Notes: generated from the letters alone by a model not told the origin. 64,000 nt of DNA from Planktothrix sp. GU0601_MAG3 (GCA_035193785.1 CP136572.1:4500578-4564577), one strand, 5' to 3'; positions 12,295 through 25,119 are shown, numbered from the stretch's first letter. Made by a program: numbers and translations.

Positions 12295-12684
12295 GGATCA
12301 CGGATTCAAGAGGATTTCACGGATTTCACGGATTTTAATCTGTGTTAATCGGCGTAATCCTTTTCAATCTGTGATCCCCATTCCCCTTCGTGTCTTTGTG
12401 TCTTTGTGGTTCAATTTAAATTGCAATTAAATCTGTTAAAAAAACATCGAATTCTAATTCGGGATTGTTTGAGTTTTCCCAGTTTGGGCGATAACTATTT
12501 CCGAGTTGCAGTTAGAAACCGAAGCCGAAAATCAAAGGTTAATTAATGCGTTAAGGGAATAGGGATCACGGATTCAAGAGGATTTCACGGATTTCACGGA
12601 TTTTAATCTGTGTTAATCGGCGTAATCCTTTTCAATCTGTGATCCCCATTCCCCTTCGTGTCTTTGTGTCTTTGTGGTTCAATT
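12150..12684. repeat. 267-bp direct tandem duplication (cobD 3' end plus downstream hairpin element)
   Basis: 12150-12416 vs 12417-12684 differ by one A/G substitution and one extra A. Confidence 0.92.
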
Positions 12685-13057
12685 AAGGTTGAACTTCTAT
12701 AGGGTTAGTAGGGTCAGTCGAAGCTTCGGTAACTTCGGGTTGTTGGAGAAGTAAACGTTGTTTTTCCCGAAATTGAGTCGCCGCATCTTGAATATTTTGG
12801 CGTTGTTTATTTCCTACCGCTTCATAATCAATATTAAATCCCCCTAACCGAGAATTATGAATAATATCTAACATTGTTTTCCCACTGTTTTCACCACTTA
12901 GGGGGTCGGGATTATCAGAGCGTTGAAATTGTTGTAAAGGGGTGGCGGAAGTGGATTGAGCTAGACTGATGGAAGTGAACCCACAAACTCCCATCCCGAC
13001 AGCCACAACCGCAGAGGAGCAGATTCCCAGAACCGATTTTAAGGCTTTAAATTGCAT
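12683..13057 (-). CDS. hypothetical secreted protein
   Basis: Signal-peptide-like N-terminus ending SLA-Q; 124 aa. Confidence 0.7.
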   Translation of the reverse strand: MQFKALKSVLGICSSAVVAVGMGVCGFTSISLAQSTSATPLQQFQRSDNPDPLSGENSGKTMLDIIHNSRLGGFNIDYEAVGNKQRQNIQDAATQFREKQRLLLQQPEVTEASTDPTNPIEVQP

Positions 13058-13213
13058 GATTACAACCTCACAATTTCAAAAATAACTATAAAAACTTAGA
13101 TTCATATATTGTAGCTACTTTCTGTGAAAATCCAAAATAAATATTCCCCCCTAACATTGATGTAGGATGGGGGGAGGAATAGACAGAAAAACCTTATAAA
13201 ATTATGGGTTTGT

Positions 13214-14090
13214 TTAGGCAAAACGACGCTTTAATAAAGGCTGAATCGATAATAAAGCCACCGTTGCAAACCCGATTAATACCAACAAAGCACCGCCAAA
13301 AGTAATCGTAGCAAAGGGGGCTTCCATGACCACACTATTGAACGCCCAATCTTGATTTAGGTATAAATAACGAATGGGTTCAATCGCATAACTTAGGGGA
13401 TTCAGACAAACCACCACCTGTAACCAATGGGGCATAAAAGATAAAGGAGCCAGGGCGGTACTGGCAAATAAAAGGGGTAAATTAGTAACGAAGATCACCG
13501 CAATTAATTCAATATGACCGGGTAAGGCAAATGCTAATCCCAGACTTAAACCCGTTACTCCCAAAACCAATAGAAATACAATCAGGGTAATGATACTTAA
13601 TCCGGCAATTCCGGGCAATCCTGCCCCTAAAACGGCTCCGGTGGCAATAATTACAGAGGTTTGAATTAAACTCAAAGTAACAATATAAATAGCCGAAGCT
13701 AAAACAATTGAAAACCGGGAGACTAAAGGAGCGACTAATAACCGATTTAGAAAGCCAAATTCTCGATCAAACATAATCGGTAATCCCGCATTTAAAGCCC
13801 CGGCAAAGGCTGTAAAAACAATTACTCCCGCCCCTAAAAACTGGGCATAATTCATAGTTTCCGCCAAATAATCCCCTGGGGGCATTTTGAAATAAAGCTC
13901 CAAATAAAACCAACCACATTAAGGGTTGAATAATCCCCGCAATTAAGGTGGAAGGACGGCGTTGTAATTGAATAAATAATCTGCGGGTTAAGGCAATGGT
14001 TTCTTGCAGAAATTCTCCTACTAAATTCGGTTGCTGATCAACCGTTTGATTCGGGGTTAAAATTTTAACAGAGGTTGTTGAACTACTCAT
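13214..14090 (-). CDS. ABC-2 type transporter permease (frame break at about 13859)
   Basis: RRLFIQLQRRPSTLIAGIIQPLMWL, DREFGFLNRLLVAP, NPLSYAIE. Confidence 0.9.
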
Positions 14091-14170
14091 GGTTTTTGAA
14101 GTTTTGGCTGTTAATGATATAGAAATAAGGGCGGGTTTGATTAGATTGTACAAAAAATTAGGAAATCTGA

Positions 14171-15194
14171 CTAAGAGCGCATACTTTTCTTTTTCTCAGC
14201 TTTCAAATCTCGATTACTAGAAGCCGCAATTTCAGCATCGAGTAAGGTTCGACCCGTGGCGGCTAAATAAACATCATCTAAACTAGGTCGAGATTGGGCA
14301 ATTCCAAAGGTAGGTAAACCCGCATCTTTTAAAGCCTGTTGAATCGTAAATAAAGCATCACTTTGAGTTTGAACTACTAAATTTAAAGAATTACCTTGAG
14401 CCGGATTAATAATAATCTCCTGTACAAAAGGCAAGGATTGTAATAGGGCTTTAGCTTTTTCGGCTTCTTCAACTGGGGAAAATTCTCTAATTCTGAGGGT
14501 AATGCGATCGCCTCCAAGTTGATCTTTTAAAGCGGAAGGAGTACCCAGGGCAATCACTAATCCTTGATCAATAATAGCTACCCGGTCGGCTAAAGCATCC
14601 ACTTCCTCTAAATAGTGGCTAGTAATTAAAATTGTTGTGCCATTTTTTCGTAATTGACGCAAAAAATCCCAGACCACCACCCGACTTTCAATATCTAAAC
14701 CCACGGTAGGTTCATCTAATACTAATAAATCCGGTTGATGGAGTAAACCCGCAGCTAAATCTAAACGCTTACGAATCCCCCCGGAATAGGTTTCCGGTTT
14801 TTTGATCAATCCAATCCTGTAATCCTAATAAATTCGTCACTTGATGAATGCGTTCGGCAATATTAGGGCGGGGGATATGATAGAGAGCCGCCTGTAATTG
14901 TAATAACTCCCGTCCGGTTAAGACCTTATCTAAGGCGACCTCCTGGGCCACATAACCGAGGCGTTGACGAACGAGCCGGGGTTGATCGACCACAGAAATA
15001 CCAGAAACCTCTAAACGCCCAGCATCGGGGGTAATTAAGGTACACAAAGCCCGTAGGGTTGTGGTTTTTCCGGCTCCATTTGGCCCAAGTAAACCAAAGA
15101 TTTCCCCCGGTTGGACATCAAGAGAGACATCTTGAACGGCAGTTACCAAACCATAGGATTTTTTTAGATTTTGAATCAGAACAGCAGGAATCAT
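14171..15194 (-). CDS. ABC transporter ATP-binding protein, DrrA-like (frame break at about 14792)
   Basis: GPNGAGKTT, YSGG, LVLDEPTVGLD. Confidence 0.92.
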
Positions 15195-15264
15195 AGTCAA
15201 CGCTTAAATAATCAACTACCTTAACACTTATTAACAATTTGTGATGATGACTGATCCTGGGTTT

Positions 15265-16015
15265 TTACGGGTTGGTCACTGAGGGTTGGGGCTGTGACCA
15301 GGCTTTATGGGAAAGCAGGGCTTCGATGACTCTGACACCCCGTAATTGATTAGATAGGGGAAGATGACCCTTGGGGGCGGTTAAATCCCAGGTAAATCCT
15401 TGGGGGTAGCGTGTCCAATTGCGACCTTCACGCCAGCCAATTTTAGGCCATAATTTATCCCAATTTTTATTAACGCCCAACCAAAGTTCTCGCTGGACAG
15501 AATAGCCAAATTTACCTTCGGAATGGATGCGCCAAAGGGTATCAATTGTTTTTAAATCTGTGATGGGGAAGCGTTCAATTTCAGAAAAATACAGCCATTT
15601 TCGTTGTACCGCCGAACTTCCGGCTAATTCACAAAGTTTTTGGATACTTAATTTATCCGCTTCTAAAAAATCCTGTTGGGCGAGTAAGGTTTGTAGGGGG
15701 ATATAGTCAATGCCCACATCGGAGGTTAGGGGAAACAATACCCGTCGGGAAATGAAGTTTTAAAAAATTACTCACTTTTTCAGAAGTGGGAATCGCCCGA
15801 TAGAGAATTTGATAAACCTTACCACTAACTAGACTTGGGGGGGTGGACTGTTGTTTTAATAAAAATTCCGTTAACACCTCCCAAACCGTTTCCCCACCTT
15901 GGGTTAAGGTTTCTAATAGTTGGAATTGAGCCTTGGACGAGGCACTAAAAAGCCCGGAGCGCAATTCATCGGCACTCATAGCATTTTGTTGGGGGGAAGT
16001 GGTCAGGTCAGTCAT
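15265..16015 (-). CDS. gun4: canonical GUN4/Ycf53 porphyrin-binding Mg-chelatase activator (frame break at about 15734)
   Basis: N-terminal helical region plus [32 protein letters not shown]. Confidence 0.9.
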
Positions 16016-16096
16016 AGGGGGCGTGGCATTGGGTAATTAGGAATGAGTCTGGAATTCTTAATATCGACTTTTTATTGTACAAGGAGCGGGCAATAG

Positions 16097-16585
16097 TTAA
16101 CCGTTGAGAATCCGTTGAATCAGGGCACTGGTGGAGGAGGGGACTTCAATATGAATGAAGGCAACTTCACCCCCATAGACTTGTACAATCGGGGCTTCTG
16201 GCAGGGTTTCTAGGGTGTAGTCTCCCCCCTTGACATAAATATCAGGTTTTAGGGTTTGAATGAGATGATCGGCGGTGGTTTCAGAAAAAATAACTACCCC
16301 ATCGATAGGCTTGAGACTCGCGAGGACTTCAGCCCGTTGTGCTTCGGGGACGATGGGGCGCCGGGGATGTCCGGGTTTTTGCGGTTTAATCGTTTGCACG
16401 GATACATCGCTATTTAATCCGACCACCAGTGATCGCCCTAATGCCTTAGCTGCCTGTAAATAGCGAACATGACCCGCATGAATTAAATCAAAACAGCCAT
16501 TGGTAAAAACCAGGGGACGCCATCGTTGAGGATTCAAGGCGATGTCTTCTTGTAATTCGGTTAGGGTGTAAAGATAAGCAGTCAT
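16097..16585 (-). CDS. RfaE domain II-type nucleotidyltransferase (heptose-1-P adenylyltransferase)
   Basis: FTNGCFDLIHAGH, GLNSD, YVKGGDY. Confidence 0.88.
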   Translation of the reverse strand: MTAYLYTLTELQEDIALNPQRWRPLVFTNGCFDLIHAGHVRYLQAAKALGRSLVVGLNSDVSVQTIKPQKPGHPRRPIVPEAQRAEVLASLKPIDGVVIFSETTADHLIQTLKPDIYVKGGDYTLETLPEAPIVQVYGGEVAFIHIEVPSSTSALIQRILNG

Positions 16586-16994
16586 TCCAGTTTGATTGGG
16601 GAGGGAGAATTTATTGTAGAAGTCCGTTTGGGTATGTCCTACCCTATAGTTTAAAACTGATAAAACTTGGTTTCTGGTGTACCTGTTGCTCAGAGTTTTT
16701 ACTTAAACAAGCAATTTGGCGTCCAGAACCCCATAACCATAGTTTTCAAGGCGCACTGTCTTCCGACGACTGGGTTTTACTTAAAGATAGGTTGATTACC
16801 CTAAACTATAGCAATCCAGATGCTAACATACAAATAAAAAGTTGCCCTAGAAGGGCAAAACTTTAAACCCAAATCTCTGGTAACGTTTGTTGATCTTAAT
16901 CTCAAATATTTCTAAACCAGCCCTACAAACTTAGGGTTAGAGAAAATATCAACAGGCCCAAATCAAGATCATAACTTAGTTTACGGATCATTCA

Positions 16995-17829
16995 ATGAAA
17001 GCTACTTCTAGCCGTCAATTTTCTTCTACAACCTCTCTCATCCTGAAACTGGTTGGAGTTATTTTAATTTTCTCGTCCCTAGTGGATTTTCTGGTAATTT
17101 TGATTCCGCCCAATTTTCTCAACCGAGGCTGGCAAATTAGCGTCACCAGTGATTTAGTAGATCGGGGTATTGTCCCGATGGTGGGCATGGCCCTAGTTTT
17201 TATTGCTTTTTGGATGGATGCTGCTACCGAGGGGAATGTCAAGCCGGCTAAACCCTTTGCCAGTTTAAGATTTTGGGTGGCATTGCTGGCGAGTTTATTG
17301 GGGTTATTGTATCTTTTACTATTTCCTTTGCACCTCAATAATACCCGTTTAGCTAGAGCCGAAGCCCTCGCAGAAATTAGCCAACAGGCGACTCAAGCTC
17401 AAACTCAACTGGAAAATCAACTGGGAAGTCCCCAATTTCAGCAGCAAATTCAACAGAAAAAAACTCAGCTTAAAGATCAACTGGCGGGGTTAGCACAAAA
17501 TCCCGAAGCTATGAATCAAGCCCTGGCAAATCCGGGTTTACCACCGGAAGTTAGACAAATCTTAGAACAGTCTAAATCGAATCCCAAGGCTGTTGAGGAG
17601 TTTTTGAATCAACAGGCGGATAATTTACCTACACAATTGTTAGGTCAAATTCGCGATCGCAAACAAGAAACTAGAAACCCAAGCCAAAACTCAATCCTTA
17701 AAATCGAGTTTGAGAACAGGAATTAGTAGTTTATTATTAGCGATTGGTTATATTACCTTGGGTTGGACAGGACTCAAAGGTTTAGGGATTTTACGCGGTG
17801 GAAATCGTCGCAAAACACCAGCCACATAA
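16995..17829 (+). CDS. HpsJ-family membrane protein (frame break at about 17669)
   Basis: LVDRGIVPMVG, FPLHLNN, Q-rich coil; last TM helix (ISSLLLAIGYITLGW) in the shifted frame. Confidence 0.7.
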
Positions 17830-17866
17830 CAGTTATCAGTCATCAGTTATCAGTCATCAGTTATTA
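17830..17866. repeat. heptamer tandem repeat CAGTTAT/CAGTCAT
   Basis: About 5 units. Confidence 0.8.
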
Positions 17867-17920
17867 GTTTATTCCCCATTCATAATTACCTATTCCCTGT
17901 CATAACTTTAATTATCCTTC

Positions 17921-18826
17921 ATGTTTTCAATTTATATTCTCACGGCAAACGAAGAAATTGATATTGCGGATTGTATTGAATCTGCATCATTGTCAGATGA
18001 TGTGATTGTGGTGGATTCTTTTAGTCAAGATCGCACCGTTGAAATTGCTCAACAATATCCTGTGCGGGTGTTCCAAAATCGTTTTGAAAGTCACGGAAAA
18101 CAACGCACCTGGATGTTAAAAGAAATTCCCACAAAACACGATTGGGTCTACATTTTAGAAGCCGATGAACGGATGACTCCTGCATTATTTGCAGAATGTT
18201 TGCAAGGGATTCAAAGCCCGGATTACATTGGATATTATGTGGCTGAAAGGGTCATGTTTTTAGGGAATTGGATTCGACGCAGTACCCAATATCCTCGTTA
18301 TCAAATGCGTCTGTTTCGCAAGGATAAAGTTTGGTTTACCGATTATGGTCATACGGAACGGGAAGTCTGTGATGGCCCGACGGGATTTATTCGAGAAACC
18401 TATCCCCATTACACCTGTAGTAAGGGGTTATCCCGTTGGATTGATAAACACAATCGTTACTCAACGGATGAAGCAGTAGAAACCCTGCGACAGTTACAGA
18501 CTGGAACAGTAAATTGGAGGCATTTATTATTAGGAAGTTCGGAAGTTGAACGACGACGAGCCCTAAAAGATTTGTCCCTACGTTTACCATTTAGACCTCT
18601 GATTCGCTTTATTTATATGTACTTTTTCTTGGGGGGAATTTTAGACGGTCGTTCGGGGTTTTCCTGGTGTGTTTTACAGGCATTCTATGAATATTTGATC
18701 CTCCTTAAAGTTTGGGAAGTTAAAAATTCTCCCCAACTGTATAATCTGGTTTTAGAGACTTCAGAAAAATCAGAAAAAGTCGAGTCCCAGAAATTTATAT
18801 CCAATCTGGGAACCTCAGACTCTTAG
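17921..18826 (+). CDS. glycosyltransferase family 2
   Basis: VVDSFSQDRT, LEADE, GGILDGRSG. Confidence 0.9.
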   Translation: MFSIYILTANEEIDIADCIESASLSDDVIVVDSFSQDRTVEIAQQYPVRVFQNRFESHGKQRTWMLKEIPTKHDWVYILEADERMTPALFAECLQGIQSPDYIGYYVAERVMFLGNWIRRSTQYPRYQMRLFRKDKVWFTDYGHTEREVCDGPTGFIRETYPHYTCSKGLSRWIDKHNRYSTDEAVETLRQLQTGTVNWRHLLLGSSEVERRRALKDLSLRLPFRPLIRFIYMYFFLGGILDGRSGFSWCVLQAFYEYLILLKVWEVKNSPQLYNLVLETSEKSEKVESQKFISNLGTSDS

Positions 18827-18857
18827 TTTTTATTTCATGCTTCAGGGTGTTTTTATT

Positions 18858-20607
18858 TCAGGAACTTACCAGGGCTTTCATTTCCGATTCTCCAGCTTTT
18901 TTTAATAACCGAGTTAGTTGTATATTGCACAGGATAATCATTAATCCTTGACCGACAAAACTGCTGATAATTGAGGACGATGTAGCCGCAGAAATCGAGA
19001 TAAAAGATAAGACAGACCAGAGAAAAAATGAATATTGAGAGGAATAAATCAAATTCATAAATAATGGGGGTATAATTATCGCTCCTAATACCGTACTCGT
19101 TGCCCAGAAGGTTCGTTTTTGTGTTTTTATCATTGTCATTAATTGAGCGATACTGGCACATAGCAGCATAAAACTACAATGTAAGGCAACAGCTAACAAC
19201 ATTTCAATTTTTTCCGAGGGTTTAGCAACTAGAAAAATCATTACTATCCAAATTGTAGAGGCAATTAAAAGATTAATCAGAATTGCCACAATTGCCGGAC
19301 TTTTTTCACCCCAAATTAAATCACTTCCTAAATCTATCCACCAATATTGTTTCCGTTCCTGTCTATATCGTGCCCAATCGTGTAAGGTTTGCCGTTGAGC
19401 AGACAGAGCTAAAATTAAAGCTAAAATCAGAAAAATATTACCGATGAAAATAGTCCCATAATGACCATCAATTACTTCAAATTTAGGGAGAGAAAACCCT
19501 AAATTCATCAGCGTAAAGTTAAGGGTTAATAGATAACTCTGTTGTTTACTTAAACTGGGAAGATTGGGATGCTGATAGTTCCGTTTTAAGGCTTGCCAAA
19601 TCCAATAGGTTAAAAAACCATAATTAAGTAAGGCTAATGCTAAGAGGGAAACTCCATGGGTTCCCACATTTAATCCAAACCATTGTAATTGACTAATATT
19701 GGAATGATTGAAGGGATAATTTAAGTAAGGGTCTGTGGTTTCGTCAATTAAATGGCGAAGCAGACAGGTGGGAGAAAATATATTCAGCCAATCCCAACCT
19801 TCATTGATAATGGGTTTAAAGTTAGCTATCAATAGAAAACTTAAAATTATCCCACTACCAATCAAAGATTGTAACCCATTAAACAAAGCACTGGTAGTAA
19901 CTCCAACTAACAAAGCCAGACTATAGAAAAATGCACAACTAGCTACGGTTAAACCATAGAAACCACCAATTTCTAGCAGGGAAATATGAGCCGAAATTCC
20001 TGCCCATAAATGAAAAGGAATTGCCAGGAAAATTCCCAGATATAATAAACTGGGTACACCCAATAATTTACCGATTAAAATACTCTGAGCCGATTGGGGA
20101 CTTAACCGAATAAAGTTTAGGGTTCCTCGCCGTTCTTCGGTGGCTAAATCGTTAATTAGCATATAGGTTTCCCAGAACAATTAAGCCAAAAACTGCTAGA
20201 ACACTAATCCAGATAAAAATGCTTGTCGAATAGTCTGTAAACCAACGGTGAAAATCAATTGAATTCTGGGGACAGACGGCATTTCTGATTTTGTCGAGGT
20301 CTTGCAGTTGTTTTTCTAAATCGGGACGTTTTCCGGCATTACCTAGGGCATTAATTTGATCATAAATCTTCCAGTATTGTGTCTCGGATTGAGTATATAG
20401 TTGGTTTTTGGAGGGACAGTATGGGCTGCTAATTATAATTTGATTAGCACCAGGAAATTGATTCAGGTGACTCAAAAATATCGTCAGTTGGGTAAGGAGA
20501 GAAATTCCAATGGCTATGAGAATATTGCGAACTTGAAATCGACCTTTTAATTCTCTCACCAGTTGGGGATTCCACTCATTAAATCGAGGTAAATACAGAC
20601 GTTTCAT
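18858..20607 (-). CDS. ABC-associated polytopic membrane protein (frame break at about 20169)
   Basis: WNPQLVRELKGR, EERRGTLNFIRLSPQ; downstream of an ABC ATPase gene. Confidence 0.75.
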
Positions 20608-20647
20608 AACTCTTTATTCCTAGATTAAATTGACGGGATTAGGTATT

Positions 20648-21599
20648 TTAAGAGGCTTGTTTGTGTCCGAGTTTTAAGAAAATAGATTCTAAGTTTTCTT
20701 GAACTCGATTAAATTCACTTAAGGGAATTTCGGCAGAAATCAGCGATCGCAATAATATTGCGGCATCTTTTTCTGTCCCTGAAAATTGAACTTTTACCTG
20801 TTGTTTTCCGGGTAAAACTTCCCAACTATCCACCGCCGGATGATTTTTTAATTCCCCGATCAGTATATCCATTTTACCCAAAGTCGAAATAAAAAGATGC
20901 TGCACACTCAAACGTTTATACAAGTCTTGTATTGATGCACTTTCCACCAGATACCCCAATTCCATAATCCCAATATAACTACAAAAATCCTCCAAGTCAC
21001 TCAAGACATGGGAAGAAATCACAATAGTCATTCCCGCTTCATGTAAACTTTTAATAATCTCTCGAAATTGCATCCGGGCAATCGGATCTAAACCGGATAC
21101 GGGTTCATCGAGAAAGAGTAATAAGGGTTCATGAATAATGGTGCGTCCTAAACTCAATCGTTGTTTCATTCCCCGGGAAAGGGTGGAAATTAAACTATTG
21201 CGTTTTTGGGTTAACTGCACGATTTCCAAGACTTCATATAATCTTTGAGTCCGTCGAGGTTTCCCGCAGATAATATAACCGGGCAAAGTAATCTAAATAA
21301 TCCCAAACAGTCAAATCATTATAGAGAGGAAAATCATCGGGTAAATATCCTAAACGTTGTTTAATTTTAGGATTGGTATGATCCCGGGATACCGCCTCTC
21401 CATTAATATAAATCTCCCCTTTTGTGGGTTCTTCTATGGTAGCCAACATCCGCAATAATGTAGTTTTTCCGGCTCCATTTGGCCCGATTAATCCATAGAC
21501 TTCTCCCATGGGAATTTGTAAATCTAAATCATTAACTGCTAGATAGCGTTCAAATCTTTTTGTCAGTCCACGGGTTTGAATTGCAAGTTCTTTCGCCAT
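20648..21599 (-). CDS. ABC transporter ATP-binding protein (frame break at about 21261)
   Basis: GPNGAGKTT, LSRGMKQR, LDEPVSGLDP. Confidence 0.92.
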
Positions 21600-21741
21600 A
21601 TAAATATAGGAAGAATTGAGTTTTAAGTTTTAACTTAGATTCCCTCTACAAATCACTCTAACCGATTTACGGAAATAAAAAGTATCCGTAGAGACGAGCC
21701 ACGGCGCGTCTCTCTATTTCTACTCTTTACCAAACCATGAA

Positions 21742-22333
21742 TTATTGAACCTGAGCACCATGGGAACGGGGATCACTGCTGCTGGGTTTATCTAAGGTTA
21801 GGGGAGAATTAAAAGCAGAAACTTGACCAATTGCTTGGGTATAGGGAAGGGGATTTTCTGCGATTAAAGACTCTAAATTAGCCTCTAAAATCGGGCGGGG
21901 AATTTCGCCGATGGTTTGGGCAATTGTTTCGGATTTTTGATTCAAATAAACGAAATGGGGAATGCCATCGACTCTATATTTGAGGAGTTCGGGTAGCCAT
22001 TTACTATTATCAACATTCAACATCACAAAATTGAGTTGTTCCGAATATTTATGTTTGATTTCGCTTAATTCTGGTGCCATGGTTTGACAACTGGTACACC
22101 AATTTGCATAAAATTCCATGAGGGTCGGTTTGCCATTATTCAAGGCGATATCTAGGGGAATTGATTCTTCTACGAGTTGGGGGAGGGAAGTGGTAGTGGC
22201 TTCGCTACGAATTCCTACGAAAACCGAGAGACTTAGAATGATAGCTGCGATGATGATTAAAAAGTTTCTGATTCGTTTGGCTAAATCAGAAGGTTTCGGT
22301 TGAGGGGGTTGAATGTATTGGGTTTTCGTTCAT
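21742..22333 (-). CDS. txlA: membrane-anchored thioredoxin TxlA/HCF164-like (frame break at about 22295)
   Basis: FYANWCTSC, VDGIPH; upstream TM segment recovered manually from ATG 22333. Confidence 0.8.
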
Positions 22334-22531
22334 GTTGATATCGTTAAAGATGATCATTATTATTGATGATTTTAGTTTAACAAAATTTTTAAAAAAAATT
22401 ATTAACGTTCTTCTGAAAATTGTTGTAAAATAGAAAGGTCAATGAAATATAAAAGGAATAAAATTCTGTGGTGCAATACCAAGCCATCCTAAAATGGACT
22501 ATGGGACAGGAATAAATTTAGGATTAATAAC

Positions 22532-22936
22532 ATGAAAAAACGAGTGACGTTGACATTTCCCAAACGTTCTATTCAAATGCCGATTACCTATCGTTTGGCG
22601 AAGGATTTTAATGTAGCTGCTAATATTATTCGCGCTCAAGTTGCTCCGAATCAAGTCGGAAAATTAGTGGTAGAATTATCGGGAGATATTGATGAACTAG
22701 AGGCTGCTATTGAGTGGATGCAAACTCAAAATATTGGAGTTTCTTTAGTTGGACGGGAGATTATCATTGATGAGCAAAGTTGTGTGGATTGTGGGCTCTG
22801 TACTGGAGTTTGTCCGACGGATGCCTTAACCCTAAATCCAGAAACCTTTTATTTGACCTTTACTCGCTCACGGTGTATTGTTTGTGAACAATGTATTCCG
22901 ACCTGTCCCCTTCAGGCAATTTCTACTAATCTTTGA
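22532..22936 (+). CDS. NIL-domain 2x[4Fe-4S] ferredoxin
   Basis: FNVAANIIRA; CVDCGLCTGVCP and CIVCEQCIPTCP. Confidence 0.9.
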   Translation: MKKRVTLTFPKRSIQMPITYRLAKDFNVAANIIRAQVAPNQVGKLVVELSGDIDELEAAIEWMQTQNIGVSLVGREIIIDEQSCVDCGLCTGVCPTDALTLNPETFYLTFTRSRCIVCEQCIPTCPLQAISTNL

Positions 22937-22980
22937 AGGGAAATTGAATCTAAAAATTTATTTTTTATCCTAATCTTTCA

Positions 22981-23490
22981 ATGAAATTACAACAAGAAAC
23001 TACAATTATTACTTGGTTTTCCTTTGGATTACTTCTCTTGACCTGTCTGAATTTTGGTTGGTTTTTATTTGAATCGAGTTGGTATTCTTTAGTTTCCGGT
23101 CTATTTTTAGCGTTGATTTGGTTAATTGATTTATTCTTTACCCTACCATTAAATCGACTTAATTCATTAGTTGTAAAGAAAATCAGAACGGATTTAGGAA
23201 CATTTTTAATGATTGTGTTCATCTCTGTTCTGGGTGTATTTATGCTGACTTGGATTAAGGTTTCTGTTAATATTCTATTAATGGTTTCTGCGACAGCTTT
23301 AGCTAGATTAGAGTTACAAACTGCCCGATTTAAGGATTGGCACTCTTTTATTATTTTATCGATATTATCTACCCTGGGTTTAATATTAGGATGGGGATTA
23401 AATCACTATTTTTCCTTCGGACATTTGGAATCACAATTTTGTTTACCCTTTCATTTAGGATGTATTGATATTCCCTATCGTGATAGGTAA
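22981..23490 (+). CDS. hypothetical membrane protein
   Basis: Several TM segments, LARLELQ motif. Confidence 0.7.
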   Translation: MKLQQETTIITWFSFGLLLLTCLNFGWFLFESSWYSLVSGLFLALIWLIDLFFTLPLNRLNSLVVKKIRTDLGTFLMIVFISVLGVFMLTWIKVSVNILLMVSATALARLELQTARFKDWHSFIILSILSTLGLILGWGLNHYFSFGHLESQFCLPFHLGCIDIPYRDR

Positions 23491-23645
23491 TGGGGAATGG
23501 GTAATGGGTAATGGGTAATGGGTAATGGGTAATGGGTAATGGGTAATGGGTAATGGGTAATGGGTAATGGGTAATGGGTAATGGGTAATGGGTAATGGGT
23601 AATGGGTAATGGGTAATAGACTGATGACTGATAACTGATAACTGG
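23486..23645. repeat. heptamer arrays (TGGGTAA x about 18, then ACTGAT(G/A))
   Basis: Seen directly, between convergent genes. Confidence 0.95.
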
Positions 23646-23707
23646 TAAGGGCGGGTTTCTTTTAGATATTTGTTAATCACCGCGCATCTCGATAAACCCG
23701 CCCCTAC
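23645..23707. repeat. REP doublet GTA(A)GGGCGGGTTT...AAACCCGCCCCTAC
   Basis: Inverted pair; same family as 51743-52111. Confidence 0.8.
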
Positions 23708-23729
23708 AAATTGTGACTGAATTAACCGA

Positions 23730-24269
23730 TTATTTTAAATCTAATAATCCACTGGTTTTTAATTTAGGATTAAAGCGAATTTCCTCTTGTAATCCTCGGG
23801 CTTTGAGTTCAGATAAAATCTGTTCTTCTACACGACGGGCGGCTTGTTTTAACAGTTTTTCTTTACCTATGTCATCGGTTTTTTGATACTGATCTTGTTC
23901 TTCTGGGGTCATAAAAGGTCTAACTTGAATTGGATCATTCCAGAGAGATTTATCTTCCCCATTTCCGAGAGGAATTGAACCATTTTCATCAATCCAAGCC
24001 TTTTGAATCTCTTCTAAAATAGTTCGACTCGGACGTTCAATGGTTTGTAACTTTAACCAATAACAGTCTTGATTTTGACGAATAAAATGTTGTTTTAAGC
24101 TAAAATATATATTTCGAGAATAGCCAACATATTTTAAGTTTTTTTCCTGATTAAAAATAGCATAAACTCCGATTTCACCTTGGAGTGATTCAGGAATTTT
24201 ACCATTTTCATCCAGATAGGAAATATAGTCTAAACTATTAAGAGAAGGAATTTCAGTTGGAGTAGTCAT
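23730..24269 (-). CDS. GIY-YIG-like domain protein
   Basis: IGVYAIF...KYVGYSRNI. Confidence 0.75.
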   Translation of the reverse strand: MTTPTEIPSLNSLDYISYLDENGKIPESLQGEIGVYAIFNQEKNLKYVGYSRNIYFSLKQHFIRQNQDCYWLKLQTIERPSRTILEEIQKAWIDENGSIPLGNGEDKSLWNDPIQVRPFMTPEEQDQYQKTDDIGKEKLLKQAARRVEEQILSELKARGLQEEIRFNPKLKTSGLLDLK

Positions 24270-24455
24270 TGATCCCAAAAATGCTTTTTCACTGATTTTA
24301 AAGGTATTGGTGTCGATTTCTCAAAATTGGATACTAAAGTTTTATTAAGCCAAGCTCAATATTCAGGTTTCCCTCAGAATATTTGAACCAGTTTAAGGAT
24401 TATTGTGGAATTTGAGTTAGCATAACTCTATGATTGTATTAAGTCAGCCACGACC

Positions 24456-25119
24456 ATGCAGAATAGTACAGAAGAATTATCAAAACCGTCGCGCCAGCCT
24501 GTCGGTGGATGGCAGTTAGCCGAGTATGTTTCTATTGCCGGGACAGCAGTGGGAACACTCGTTGCTGCATGGTATCAGCCTATTCTGTTTGCTGGAAACG
24601 CCCCTAACCTTTGCCTTGATTTTAAATGTGGTGAATCGCCAACGGTTTGAACAGGATATGCGTCAAACGATGGATGCGGCGATTACGGATGTTCGGACGG
24701 TGGTGGAATCGCTGGATCAACAAATTCAACTGTTACCCTCGGAGTCCCAGGAACTTGATCCAATTACGGATGTCCTAACGGAGTTACAACGGGTGACTCA
24801 AGGGTTAGAAAAAAATGCCCTGCGACAAGACGATTGGGAAGTGATGAATGTGCGCTTTCAGTTAATGCAAGAAACAATTGATGAATTGAAAACATCAATC
24901 GAGAACTCTGGGCTTAATTTTGAAAAAAACGATCAAGAATCTTTAAACACAACTTTAGAGGCATTTGTCAATCAGTCAATTACTGATTCAGCAACTATGC
25001 AAATACAAATCGATCAGCTTTCTGAACGGGTTAATACCTTACAAACGGAACAGCAAACCGTGATTAAACCCTATATTAAACGCTTAGTTAATGCGGTTAA
25101 GGAGTTAAAGAATCGTTGA
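24456..25119 (+). CDS. hypothetical TM plus coiled-coil protein (frame break at about 24597)
   Basis: Two overlapping ORFs join on removing one A at GAAAC. Confidence 0.7.

Noticed and set aside
16644..16811. 10-bp inverted repeat CTATAGTTTA/TAAACTATAG bounding an intergenic segment
   Set aside because: Too short and single-copy here to support a MITE call.
23369..23680. ORF with ITHYPLP repeats (also 55510-55732, 56416-56733 and the 5' extension of 46099-46797)
   Set aside because: These are translations of tandem DNA repeats.
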